Shown one piece after another: positions 12,309 through 24,700 of a DNA stretch of 64,000 nt; positions within the stretch are counted from its first letter, which is position 1; the number at the start of each line of letters is the position of its first letter. A model generated the notes under the pieces. That model was not told where the DNA came from, searched no databases, and saw only the letters and a list, made by a program, of their open reading frames with translations. Made by a program: the position numbers and the translations under genes. The stretch comes from Lama glama (Eukaryota), in NCBI GenBank assembly GCA_028534125.1, contig CM052817.1:104782001-104846000 (forward strand), given 5' to 3'.

Positions 12309-12810
12309 TGTTACTGCATCCAAACTCATTATGCTCACCACACGACAGGCTAATAAATCAGGAGATGAGGTGTTGGGGCAAGGAATAATGATGGTATCAG
12401 AAAGCCAGCAGAGAAGATGGTGGACTAATGTCCTGGAGAACCATCTTTCCCAGGTCAGAATTCAGGCTCCTTTTATACTAAAAAGGGGAGAGGGTGTGGT
12501 TGGTTGTTGCAACTTCTTGGTGTTGGAATCCTTTGTTCCTGTAGCTGTCCATGTAGGTCAGATCATGATGTTCCTGTAAACAGCCAACAAGATAAGAGCT
12601 ACTTTCTATTTTGCAACTTTATATCTCTGTATGAACAGGAAAGTGTTACGCCCTTAAAGGTCAGAAGAGCCTTGAGGATGGGCTCTCCTGTCTGTTTCAG
12701 GCTCTAGGCAACATCCTTTTACAAAAGGTGCAGAACCAGTGTGACTGAGCCCAGGAAACAGAGCACAGGGGAAGAGCTAAAGGAACAGATCTAATGATGA
12801 TTCAGATTTG
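12309..12810 (-). mobile_element. ERV1-type solo LTR, family A (one end truncated)
   Basis: Collinear with 6259-6779. Confidence 0.9.
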
Positions 12811-13120
12811 GAGCCATATCTTCAAAGTGAACAGGAGCCCCATCTCCCAGCTAAACCTTGAAGGGAATGGTGATTGGCTGGAAGGGGTGAGCAGACCAGC
12901 AGAAAGACCTGTGAGGGAAAGAAAGATAGGATGGAGACGAAGAATGAGAAATCCTGCCAGCAGCTCATGGGGAGAAACAACAGGGAGGTGGCTTCCAAAG
13001 AGAGCATCAGCTCATCCTGTGGTTGGGTGCTGTGGCTGAGAAACCAGATTGGGAAGATTATCTCTCAGGAAGGGTTTCTTCTGGAAGATGAGAACAAATA
13101 CGTATCCCCATGGCTCCAGT

Positions 13121-14310
13121 TGTAACCGAGCAGGACCCTGTGGGGTCTTCTTGGGACAGACCTTCTCCCATGTCTTCCACCTGCCTCTTTTTGTAGAAAA
13201 ACATTAGCCTCCTAGACCTTCCCCTCGTTCAAGAATAAATTCAATCAGAGAAATGCGAAAATGTAAAAACAAAGAAAAATGGGCAAGCAACAGAAATAGT
13301 AATAGTTTGGCCATTAAGCAAAGTCAAGGGCCTTTAGTTCCTCCTCAGGGATTATAGATAATGTTTTGAGCCATCCTTTTGTTACCCCAAAAGGGGAAGG
13401 GGAACGACCCCTGGTCTTGTCTTACCCAAAAGATAAGAATTCAGACGGGTGGTGGAGCACTACGTTGTGAAAGATTTTAAAGGATTTATTTAGCAAAGGG
13501 AAAACACACCCCCAAGAATGAGAGGTGGGCTGATCCAAGGGAGGAAATCAGGGGGACTTTGTCCTCTTTCTTACCCCTTTGCTTAGAGGTGATCTTTTGA
13601 TTGATTGATGGCTGTTTTGATGCCTGTCCCCTTTGGTGCAAGTCCTTACCCATGATGCACACAGAAAAACCCATGGGAGGGGGGTACTAAACCACAATGC
13701 TGATTATATTACAATGGACATTGAATCATATCCAGTTAGGTCCTTGTTGCTATCCCACAGTTGTGGCTGTCAGGTTCTAATGAGTTTTTTTGCTGGCACT
13801 CATTTAGAGGAAGTAAAGCACCTTTACGCTGAAGGGGGCATATGAGGATCTTCCAGACCATCCTCCCTCTCCTCTGCCTATCTACCTGGTGCCCCCACTT
13901 ACCTAACTAACACTTTGAGCTTTTTTGCAGATACTGAAATCTCCATGGTGGGGGGTAATGTAACAAATTAATTACATGCTGTCCACGAGCATATAGACCC
14001 CAGATCAACTGAAACTAGAAGGTTGATGATGTTGACTCCTGATTACTTCAACAACCATCAGTCAGAATAATGTCCACGGGCTGATCATGCACCCTGCAAC
14101 CATCTCCTAGCACATAGCCCCTTCCTCTTTTCCTTAAATAATCTCCCAGCAAAACATGGGGAGTTGGGGTGTTGGTTCTTTGGAACATGAATCCACCTTC
14201 TCCTGAGAATTGCCAGCCTTCTCAATAAAGCTATCTTTCCTTGTACTCAACACTTGTCTCTCAGTATTGGATTTCTGAGTGATGTGTAGCTGAACCGGAG
14301 TTCGATGACA
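13121..14310 (+). mobile_element. ERV1-type solo LTR, family B, with a nested LTR
   Basis: TG...CA termini, perfect 4-bp TSD cagt (13117-20 / 14311-14), AATAAA near 14224. Confidence 0.85.
13380..13912 (-). mobile_element. ERV1-type solo LTR, family C, nested
   Basis: tgttacccc...ctaaca with 4-bp TSD cttt; homologous to 43246-43794. Confidence 0.9.
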
Positions 14311-14984
14311 CAGTGAGGCTGTGACTTGTCATCAGGGAGAACAAAATCTGAAGGTTCATCGCCAATGCTGCCATGTCTTCATGGTGAAACTCAGTGCTAG
14401 TCTTTGGCCAAGAAGGCATGTCCAACCCTTGGTAAAGCAAAACCTATCAGGTAAGGAGAACAATTGTGACTTGACAACTATGGCTAAGAGCGCCATCTGC
14501 TCTTTGATGCTTGTATCTCTATGGGTGAGGCTGGAGGGAGAAGAGAGGATTTTATTCATCTACTCTTGATTATCATCCTCTAGGCTGGTGGAGTAGGAAT
14601 AAATTGGTTATAGCATATGTTCTTGTTGGTATAAAAATTCTAATAATATTTTGATATGATATTTACTGGATCACAACAAAAGGCCAGGTACACAAGTGTG
14701 AAGTTACAGTGGTCAGTCACCTCGAAATGATTTCCCTGTAAAATAGTATCACTACCCTAATTAAAGAACTTTCTCCCTCATTCTCAATGGATGAACTTAT
14801 ATTTTTGTTTTTTTCCACAAGAAGTTGAAGCTGTAGAGAATGATTTCTTTCTCCTCTGTTTTTTAAGTTCTATCTAACTTAATTTAGTCTTAAGTTTTCC
14901 CCTTTGCAGTTCATAGAAAAAAAAATGTTCTTCATCTTACAAGAATAACCCCTTGGTGTGTAATCTTGAGCCCACCCTCTAGAG

Positions 14985-15137
14985 CAAATTTTAGTAAACA
15001 TTTTGCAGGAATAGCCCAGAGAGTTAAGCTTTTAGGCTTTCTGGTCTCTGACTTCTTCCTTGTAATCCTTGAGAAATGAGGCTTCAGCAGACAGGCTCGG
15101 GGCTGGATTTGGCCGGCAGCACTTCGCTGGCTTCTGC
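14985..15137. mobile_element. MER58-like hAT-Charlie remnant
   Basis: ttttaggctttctggtctctg...gggctggatttggcc motifs. Confidence 0.5.
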
Positions 15138-17986
15138 TCCAGATCTTTGCATGTTCACTCTTCCCTGTTCTCTCTTACAATGATTTTTCTTCTTCTCCCA
15201 TTGACTCTTCTCAGCTCATTCATCCCAACCCATCACCAAGTCCTGCTGATCCCAACACCTGAGCCTCTCCCTGTGTGCTCCTTCTGGCCAGTTCCCACTA
15301 CCGCTGCTTCCATCACCCTTGTCTAGAACAACTTTTTTGACCTCAGTCCAGTGAATCCTGACTCATCCTTCAAGATTCACCCCTGGGGCCTCCTCCTCTG
15401 AGAAGCCGCCCCCCTCCATGGAAACCTGACCTCTCCTGTTTCTATGTCCTATGACTCTACACCTTATTTGTGTTCCTCTCAGTATGATTCGTCTGTGTGG
15501 ATCCTATGTCTTTTCTGCACTGGGAAATTCTGCTCTGTGAGCTCTTGAGTTTTATTTTATCCACTTTTGTAGCTTCCATGCAGTGTCTGATTCACAGGAG
15601 AAGTACAGTAAATGTATTTTAAAACCATGGGAGACTACAAGGAGCAGCCTCCCCTCTCTCTGTCAGGTCACTATTTCTGTTATTGTGGTGAAAGAAGGAA
15701 AGGTAGGAGAATTGTGAAACAAATGCCGAGTGAATTAATTGTCCCCCAAACTGCATTCCATTTCGTTTGAGTTTGACAGCTGTAGTCTCCTCTCTTTCTA
15801 GGTTCATTTCTTCTACTCTTAGCTCTGCTTTTAACAGAAAGGACAAAATACGTGCTTTTCAAGTGGAATATGACATATCACCTATACTCAATCATGCTGA
15901 GAAGAAAAGCTAAGGGAGAGTAATTTTAATTTTGTTAGTGATGAGGCAAATACATTACAAATAAGGAGAGTTAAGAATATACTTAGACATCCAGTCATTT
16001 GGTTATTTATTTAACAAGTACTATTAAGTGCTCAAAACTGCCTTGAGAGTTTAGCCCTGATGAGGACTGGACATGGTTCCTTCTTTTTATAATATACCAG
16101 CTTCCCAGAAAATATTAGCCTACTTTTTTGCCTTATAATTTGCAAGAGCCATGAAAGACAAATTTATTTTATACTTAAAATTTGCTTGAAATATCAAAAT
16201 ATCTTCATAAATGGATCCTATTATCCATCTTTCCTGCTGGTAATGTCTTCTTTGTCAAAAAAGTAAGATCAAAATTTTCTTGCCTTAATAGAAATGGACA
16301 GTAAAAATGATTTCAGGGAGCAATTTTACTTAGAGGCTTACGCTTTTATCACTGGGAAATTAGCCACATACAGACTCTGCCTCCAGTCCCCTCTCCCAGA
16401 CTGTGAAGAAAGTGTAGGAAAAATAACCTCTAACCTGTCTTAAACAAACAATAGCAACAAAACACCATTGCAGAGCTTTTCAAAGAGAAGTAATGGTGCC
16501 TTAGAACTCATTACGATAAAAAACAACATGCATTTCTATATAACATTTTGTCTATTTTGGCTTCATTTGTTAATTTCCTTATCTCTCACCTTTTGAACCA
16601 GTTTTTAAAACCAGGAAACCCAAGACAAAAAGGCTTTACAGTTTGATATCATTTCCCTACTAAGAAACTGGTGAGTCACAGTGAGGTTCCCTATGAAGTC
16701 AGCTGTGAGACAGTGGCTTATTCAGAGTCAGGGAATGCTCTCAGCAGGGATGGAGAGAGCCCCAGCAGAGGAAATCACCATGGAAACGCTAGGTAATCCC
16801 ACAGGGAGCTGAGGTAAGGGGACTTTTCACAGCGATCCTAAATATGGGCAGAAGGGCTGAGTCTTTATAGCCCTTCCTGTACCCGAGGACCAATCTGAGG
16901 GCTGCCACCAGAAGGGGTGTAACCTTGGGCAAGGATGTTGCCTTTAGTGGAGGGCAGTCATCTGGAGTGGAGATCCTGTGAACAGACAGATGTCAGCCCT
17001 GCTAGAAACCAAGGAAAGAGTTCTTCCCTCTTGAAAGTGTGAGGTTCAGGTGGTGTAGCCCTAAGTGTATGGGTTGAATGAGGAGACAGATGACCAAAGA
17101 CCCCAGGTGACCTTGGTTTTGTGAAGACAACCCATGGGCATTGAGATTGGGAGGTGAGGAATGCAAATATTTGTGTCAGCAGGCAATGTAATAAACAAGC
17201 TGGTGAGATGTTGTGTTTGTGCATGTGTATACCTACAGCTGTCATGTGACAGCATCCAGTCTCTCCCCAACTAGCTGAATGAATGAGTAAATATGTTCAT
17301 TAATTCATTAATTCTCCAAGCTACTCTGCTATGATCTCTGAGAACAGTTTTGGGGGAATTTTTGCTCTAAGAGAGCCTTAAAATTCGAGATTGCTAAATG
17401 GTCTTAAAAGATCTTCATAACTTACCAAAATTTCAGATTATAGGTAGTTAATCTCTCAATGAAAAGCTGATAGAATTGCTTATTGAATAAAAAAAGATGG
17501 AACCTCAGGTTTGGGATTTTAAATTTACTGATTCCTTAAGGATAAAGTGGAGATTTGATTTCTTTAGTGAAAACAGAGTAAGAGGTAATTATGTCCTCTA
17601 AATATAAAAAGTGCTGTTTCTTTTTTCTTTTTCACTTTTTTTCTGGAAGAAAGGGAAATTGAGAAGGGTGGAGTCTTCAGCCTCAACGGTGAAGTCAGGT
17701 TGTCAGAGGACTAACACCCTCACCTCCCTCAAATTTTCTATACTGACTTTGTATATTTTGGGGGTTTTTTGGTAAAACTTCAAGCTATCTTATTAATGTT
17801 TATAATTTAGTGGTCGATTCCTTTGGATTTTATGTGTACAATAATCAAATTTTCAAATAATGACAACTTTATTTCTTTTCTATCCTTGTAGTTAATCAAT
17901 TAGTTATCTGTCTATCTATCTACCTACCTATCACTGTACTGTTTAGGACCTTCAATGCCATGTAGGTAAGATTTGTTGATAAGAGG

Positions 17987-18368
17987 TGTATTAGTATGCT
18001 ATAGCTGCCATAACAAAACACCACAGTGTAGGCGGCTTAAACTACACAGAGGTATTTTCTCAGCATTCTGGAGGCTAAAAGCCCTCATCAAGGTTTTGAC
18101 AGGGTTGGCTTTTTCTAAGGCTTCTCTCCTTGGCTTGTAGAAGATTGTCTTCTGGTATCTTCATGTGGTTTCCCTCTGCATATATCTGTGTCCTAATCTC
18201 CTCTTCTTAGAAGGACACCAGTCATAGTTGTTGGAGATACACCCTAACAACCTCATTTTAACTTAATTACCTCCCTAAAGACTCTATCTTCAAACACCTT
18301 CCGGGGTCCTGGGGGTTAGGACTTCAGCGTATGAATTTTGTGGAGACACAATTCAGTCTAGAACAACA
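17987..18368 (-). mobile_element. MaLR MLT1 LTR inserted in an old L1 fragment
   Basis: tgtattagt...gctgccataacaaaacaccaca...gggggttaggacttca...acacaattcagtc. Confidence 0.9.
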
Positions 18369-18482
18369 GGTATTCTTGTTCCTGATTTTAAAACAATTGT
18401 TTTAATATGTTACTGTTACACAGGATACATCATTTTCACTGGCATCAACTGAATGGCAATTGGCTCTGGATCCTTTATGCGC

Positions 18483-19772
18483 CTCACCCCCACCCCCTAC
18501 CCCAAACACGCCGATTCAGCAATACTTCAAGGACAAATTCCCTTTGTGGGAAATCAGGAACTAAATGAAAGCCTTCTGCATCTTGGGAGATTGCAAAAGC
18601 AGACTCCCTGAAGCTGATGGGAAGATTTGGGATGTCTTCCTGCCAGAGACCCTGCACCCAACACACTGCCGTATGATCAGGAGGAGGCCCCCACCCCCAG
18701 CTCCCAGCTTCCCCCAGGGGAGCAGAGGAGTTCGTCCAGTGCCCAATACACTTTTCTCCTCACTCAGAGGATTGGCTTCCGTCTTGCCTGTCTTGGAGCA
18801 CTGACGGGTCTGGTACAGTCTAGCTGCCTGGGGGACAAAGGAGGCAGCAGCTTGGGCTGGTAGCTGCCTTAGCCCCCCCATGCTGCGTGAGTACAGAATG
18901 AGCAAATAGAGACCACATCTGCCTGCTTCTCGCTGAGGAGGGATGGTAGAGGCCCCCAGCTCCTCTGGTCAGGCTTACTGCTGAGGGCCTCCTGTACAAA
19001 GCTAGTTGATGAAGACTGAAGTCCATGCCTGCTTTGTTATATGCACAGACACCGACACAGAGAGTCAAGGAAAATGAAGAACTCAGGCAAAGACATCCAA
19101 ACAAAAGAACAAGATAAATCTCCAGAAACCAAATCTAATTAAGAGAAATTGCACAATTTACCTAACAGAGAATTGAAAATAACTCTCAGAAATATACATA
19201 GAAAAATGCATGGATAATACAAGAATTTCAACAGAGATGGAAAATATTTAAAAAGTACCAAACAGAAACCAGGGTCCTGAAGCACAAAAAATTGAATGGG
19301 AAAAGTCCCTGATTCTTCTAAAATAAGTATTAGAGCTATAAGTGAATTCAATAAAGTTGCAGGATACAAAAATCAGCTGTGTTTCTATACACTGACGATG
19401 ACCTGCCCGAAAAGGAAAACAATCCATGTACAATAGTATCAAAAAGAGTAAAATATCTGGGAATAAACTAAGAAGGTGAAAGAACTGTATATGGAGAACT
19501 ATAAAACAATAATTAAAAAGTTAAATAAGACACAAATGAATAGAAGGACATCCTGTGTTAACTGACTGGAAGAATTAATATTGTCAAAATGCTGGTACTA
19601 CCCAAAGCAATCTACAGATTCAATTCAATCTCTATCAAAATTTCAATGACATTTTTAATAGAAATAGCAAAAACAATTCTACAATTCACGTGGAGCCGCA
19701 AAAGACTACAAAGAGCCAAAGCAATTGTGAGGGAAGGAAACTGGAGGGAATCACACTTATTGATTTTAAAAT
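18483..19772 (+). mobile_element. LINE-1 relic: 5'UTR and ORF1 start joined to ORF2 RT/C-terminal region (large internal deletion near 19300)
   Basis: ORF1-like start at 19050-19290; ORF2 motifs aataaagttgcaggatacaaaaatca and [16 protein letters not shown]. Confidence 0.75.
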
Positions 19773-19778
19773 ACCCTG

Positions 19779-20565
19779 CAGGATCACCTCGGAGCTATTT
19801 CCGCTCGGAGCTAGACCACTGTGGTAAAGCAAATATTCCAGTAACATGAGTCACACAAATGTTTTGGTTTCCCAGTGCATACAGAAGTTATGTTTACACT
19901 ATGCTGTAGTCTATTAAATGTGCGATAGCCTTATGTCTAACAATGCATGTACTTTAATTAGAAAGTACTTTATGGCTTGTCCATTTCTTCTAGGTTGTCT
20001 GGTTTGTTTCCACATAGTTGCTCATAGTATTCTCTTACAATATTTTGTATTTCTGTGGTATTGGTTGTAACTTCTCCATTTTCCTTCCTTATTTTCTTTA
20101 CCTGTGTTCTCTCTCTTTTGTTCTTGGTGAGCCTGGCCAGAGGTTTGTCAATTTTGTTTACTCTTGATTAAGGAAATGAAAGATCACTTAAAGAGATGGA
20201 AAGATATCCCATGCTCTTCAACTGGAAGAATCAGTGTTGTTAAAGTGGCCATACTGCACAAGGCAATCTACAGATTTAATGCGGTCCATATCAAGTTACT
20301 CAGGATATTTTTCACAGAACTAGAACAAAAGTACTTTCTGGCTAAAAAATGCTAACTACCATCTGAGACTTCAGTGAGTCATAATCCTTTTACTGGTGGA
20401 GGGTTTGAAATATTTCAAGAGTTACCAAAATGTGAGCACACAAAGTGAGCAAACGTTATTGGAAAAATGACACCAATAGACTTTCTGGAAACAGGATTGT
20501 AATTTGTGAAAAAACATATCTACAAAGTGCAGTAAAGCAAAGTGCAATAAAACAAAGTCTACCTG
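19779..20565 (-). mobile_element. Internally deleted Tigger1 derivative, interrupted by an L1 insertion
   Basis: Tigger1 terminal sequences cagg..acctcggag.tatt and gcaataaaac....tacctg; gagtcacacaaat..tttggtttcccagtgcata. Confidence 0.85.
19978..20327. mobile_element. 5'-inverted L1 ORF2 insertion lacking 3'UTR and poly(A)
   Basis: 16-bp TSD aaagtacttt(a/c)tggct at 19962-77 and 20328-43; antisense ORF2 piece then sense ORF2 piece. Confidence 0.85.
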
Positions 20566-20566
20566 C

Positions 20567-21066
20567 NNNNNNNNNNNNNNNNNNNNNNNNNNNNNNNNNN
20601 NNNNNNNNNNNNNNNNNNNNNNNNNNNNNNNNNNNNNNNNNNNNNNNNNNNNNNNNNNNNNNNNNNNNNNNNNNNNNNNNNNNNNNNNNNNNNNNNNNNN
20701 NNNNNNNNNNNNNNNNNNNNNNNNNNNNNNNNNNNNNNNNNNNNNNNNNNNNNNNNNNNNNNNNNNNNNNNNNNNNNNNNNNNNNNNNNNNNNNNNNNNN
20801 NNNNNNNNNNNNNNNNNNNNNNNNNNNNNNNNNNNNNNNNNNNNNNNNNNNNNNNNNNNNNNNNNNNNNNNNNNNNNNNNNNNNNNNNNNNNNNNNNNNN
20901 NNNNNNNNNNNNNNNNNNNNNNNNNNNNNNNNNNNNNNNNNNNNNNNNNNNNNNNNNNNNNNNNNNNNNNNNNNNNNNNNNNNNNNNNNNNNNNNNNNNN
21001 NNNNNNNNNNNNNNNNNNNNNNNNNNNNNNNNNNNNNNNNNNNNNNNNNNNNNNNNNNNNNNNNNN
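20567..21066. other. Assembly gap (500 N)
   Basis: N run. Confidence 1.
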
Positions 21067-21385
21067 CAAAGGGGAACTGGCTTAATTAAGGTGTTGCATC
21101 TTGACGTCTGACTGGTACTAACCAATAAGGAAGGTGGAATCGGAGATATTGGTGGGACGTATATGTCGTGTGTAAACTTATTCTGAAGCTACTTCCCATC
21201 TTTATAGCTTTCATACTAATGTGGAGGTTCATGTTGAGAACAATCTCTGTGAATATGGTACAAAAATGAAAATTTTCTTCTTCTGCAGCCACCAAGGAGA
21301 ATCTGAACATTGCCCACCGGTAGTCACCTCTCTTTGTTCCTCTAATAAAGAAAGGAGCCCTTCTTGCTGATAAAGGGCCTGAGTC

Positions 21386-21710
21386 TATTTCTGTCCTGTG
21401 TTTATGCTTTTTGTTTGTTTGTTTGTTTATTTTTGTTTTTATTTTTTAGATTCCACATATGAGTGATCTCATATGTTATTTTTCTCTCTCTTTCTGGCTT
21501 ACTTCACTTAGAATGACATTGTAGAATAGATAAACAAGATTACACTGTACAGCACGGGGAAATATACACAAAATCTTATGGTGGCTCACAGAGAAAAAAT
21601 TGTGACAATGAGTGTGTATATGTCCATGTATGACTGAAAAATTGTGCTGAACACTGGAATTTGACACAACATTGTAAAATGCTTATAAATCAGTAAGAAA
21701 TGTTGAAGAA
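21386..21710. mobile_element. 5'-inverted (twin-primed) L1 3' end insertion
   Basis: 14-bp TSD aaagggcctgagtc (21372-85 / 21711-24); orientation switch near 21520. Confidence 0.9.
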
Positions 21711-24700
21711 AAAGGGCCTGAGTCAATATAAGAAAACACAGAAAGACCAAGTTGGGTGGAAAGAAGGAAAGCAAACTGCAAATTGAGTGGTTGGATAAAG
21801 ATTTTGAAGAAAATTTGAAGAAGGAGGTTGGAATGGCTGTAGAGAATGAAGAAAATGTGTAGAAGTTGAAAGGGTACTTTTGTAAATGACAACACGGACT
21901 CTTTCTCTGGATGCCCTTAATAAACTACATTTTATCATTCACTTGAGTTTACTGAATGCAGCACAACCTCCAGACAGAGATGTGTGGATCTAAGGTGTAT
22001 AATGATTGTAGCAGCGTGTGCTTGGAATCAAACAGCCATGAGAGCTTAGGTTAGGGAATTTTGCTATGGGATCCCTGACAGAGTATTACGTGAAATTGTC
22101 TCACTTGTCTTCCACAGAATTCCAACACCAGCAGCAGTGACCGTGGTGCCTGACCACCAAACCCAGGGTGATGGTAAAAGCAATCAAGTCTAGCAGAAGT
22201 GTTATCCATTTGGGGTCTGGCTTCAAGGTGAGAGAACTTTGTTCCTCCATTACTTTGGTAAATATCAGCAAACAATTCTTGAACATGTGTAAGTTCCCCG
22301 GTAAATCCTAGTATCTGGAGGGAAACCTGGAAAGTTGGAAATGATGCCAGTGATCTGAGAAGAATTTTCAAAGTATAAACATAAATAAGTCCTAATCTTG
22401 TAGGTTTATGCTAGCGCCATGATCTATTAGTGACATTTCCCATGAGTGCCAATATGTTTCACTACAGTTACAGCACACACCAAGATTATCTGGAATTCCT
22501 AGAGCATGAAATGCTCTGTCTTATGAGCTTTAAGCTAATAACATGTTAGAGGCTTGCTACTAAAAATAATGATTTGAGATTTGGAGCAAGTCATTCCTTG
22601 GGGTAGTAATTAATTTTATATCAGGGCTAGGCAAATGGCAATCCTATTTTATAATGATAAAATCATGTTTACCTTTCTGTTCACTACAGAAAGTGGAAAT
22701 AGGACATTAATCCATCTGATAACCAAAAGAATATCAAATGATTATTATTTTTTATTTTATAATTTTTAAATTGAAGCATAACCAGTTTACAATGTGTTAA
22801 TTTCATTCATATAGATATATATTCTTTTTGAAAATGATATCAAATTATAAAGTTGAAAAAGAAGGAAGTACAAACTTCACACTACTTCACTCCTCTGGAA
22901 GCCACTCCTGACCTTAGCAAGTTCCAGACTTCTCTGGAGAGCCTACTGGGCTGTTATTTATTAACCATGAGGGTCACTCGGTGGAGTTAGAAAATACCTT
23001 CCTAGCTAAAGATTCTGGGAGTTAGTTGGAATATTGAACCAAGAAATTGAGTATGCTGTACACCAGAAACTAACACAACATTGTAAATCAACTATAGTTC
23101 AATTAAAAACAAAGACATTGAGGAGATGTCTGGTGAGAGGTCATGCAAATCTAAAGGAGAAGAGCTGCAGTCCTGACTCATCTTCCTGAAACTGGAGGAA
23201 TCTGCAGATGTAATCATGGCAGCCTGCCAGGCAGAGTCTGAAGCTAGATTCATGATCATCGATTAGGATACAATTATGTACTGCTTCCTCCAAAAGAAGA
23301 CGGATCAAATCAGAATTCCAGCTGTGTCTCTCCCAGCCTCTTGCTCAAGTCTCCAAGCCAAGGATCCAAGAAATCTCTCACCACTTGTAATTACTTGGTA
23401 ACTTGACCACCAGTGGCAAGACAATTTCCCAACCTTGCCTCACTCCTATGCACTACGGAGATATAGACGTGATGTAAAAACTACTATTACTCTCACTGTG
23501 GGAAGGCATGTGTGGTGATGTTTATGACTCTGAACCATAAGGAAGATTATTTAGGGAAAAACTGCACTTAGACGATATAATATCCTAAAACTAGGACTTC
23601 CAAGAGAAGCAGGGCATGAGTGGTTCACGATGTTTTTAAAAGATTAAAGACTCCTTTAGGAAGATGATGAAGGCACTAGACTCATCCTAACCTGGCCCAG
23701 AAAAAAAAAAAACATTTTTGATTAATTTTGGAGAGTTCATGGATTCACTGAAATACAGTTAAATATCCCCAGTGATAAGAATCCAAGATTTAGTTTGGCA
23801 AGAAAAGATGAGTTCATGAATGACTGCAAATACTCTAGAGTAAAAACTTTAAATGACCTTTCTTACATCGACATGTATTACCTATGTGTGTTGAGAGATG
23901 TCATATTTTAACTCATAGATAGAACACGTGTAGAGCGCGAGAAGAATGTAAGTGAATGTTTACTTTCTGGTGATCTGTCTGGATAAACGGATAGAATCTG
24001 GAAGGTGTAATTAAGAGGCTGCTTAGACGTTCTCTGTGTTATGAAATGTCTCAAGCCAGCCTTGGACAAGTGTTGGCCAGCAATCAGCTCATCCAGCTCA
24101 ATGACTTGTGAGCTTTAGGTTAAGGAGCAGTGGACCCATGTGAGGGAGAGAGAAGCCAACAGTCTCCTGTTCCCCTTTCCGCTCTTCCCTCTTTGTCCTT
24201 CATCCCCTTTAACCATGAAGACTGGCCCATATGATAGGCTGAGTATCAATATTCATTCTCATTTCATTTCACTGTTGCTCTGTTACATACTGGAATGAGG
24301 CTTACACTCAGGGAGGTATTTTACAGCACTCATGGCAGGATACTTAGAACCTGACCAACAATAAACCAATAGGAGTATCTGTGTTTAATTTGATAAATTT
24401 GATAATCAATTACATAAGTGTCCCCCTCTTCTCATGTCAGGGCACTTTCTCTTTGTTTCATATGTTTTTGTTTTTGATACTGTCAGGATAATTTTCTAAT
24501 CAATCACCTCAGTTTGCAATATTCAAATGACAAATATAAAATTTTCTCCTAATTTGAGAGCAGACAGACACGGTGTCCTCTTTCCTCTTATATTGATAAT
24601 GTACACTACTTGGAAGGACCTAAATAAATTGTTGGGACTTCTACATCTGAAGAAACTGAAAATCAGAGAGATTATGGAAGTCCGTCAAGGTAATTCATCT

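Noticed and set aside
22051..22371. Minus-strand ORFs, one with a hydrophobic TM-like stretch (WITLLLDLIAFTITLGLVV)
   Set aside because: No recognisable homology, promoter or supporting exons; short ORFs like this arise by chance
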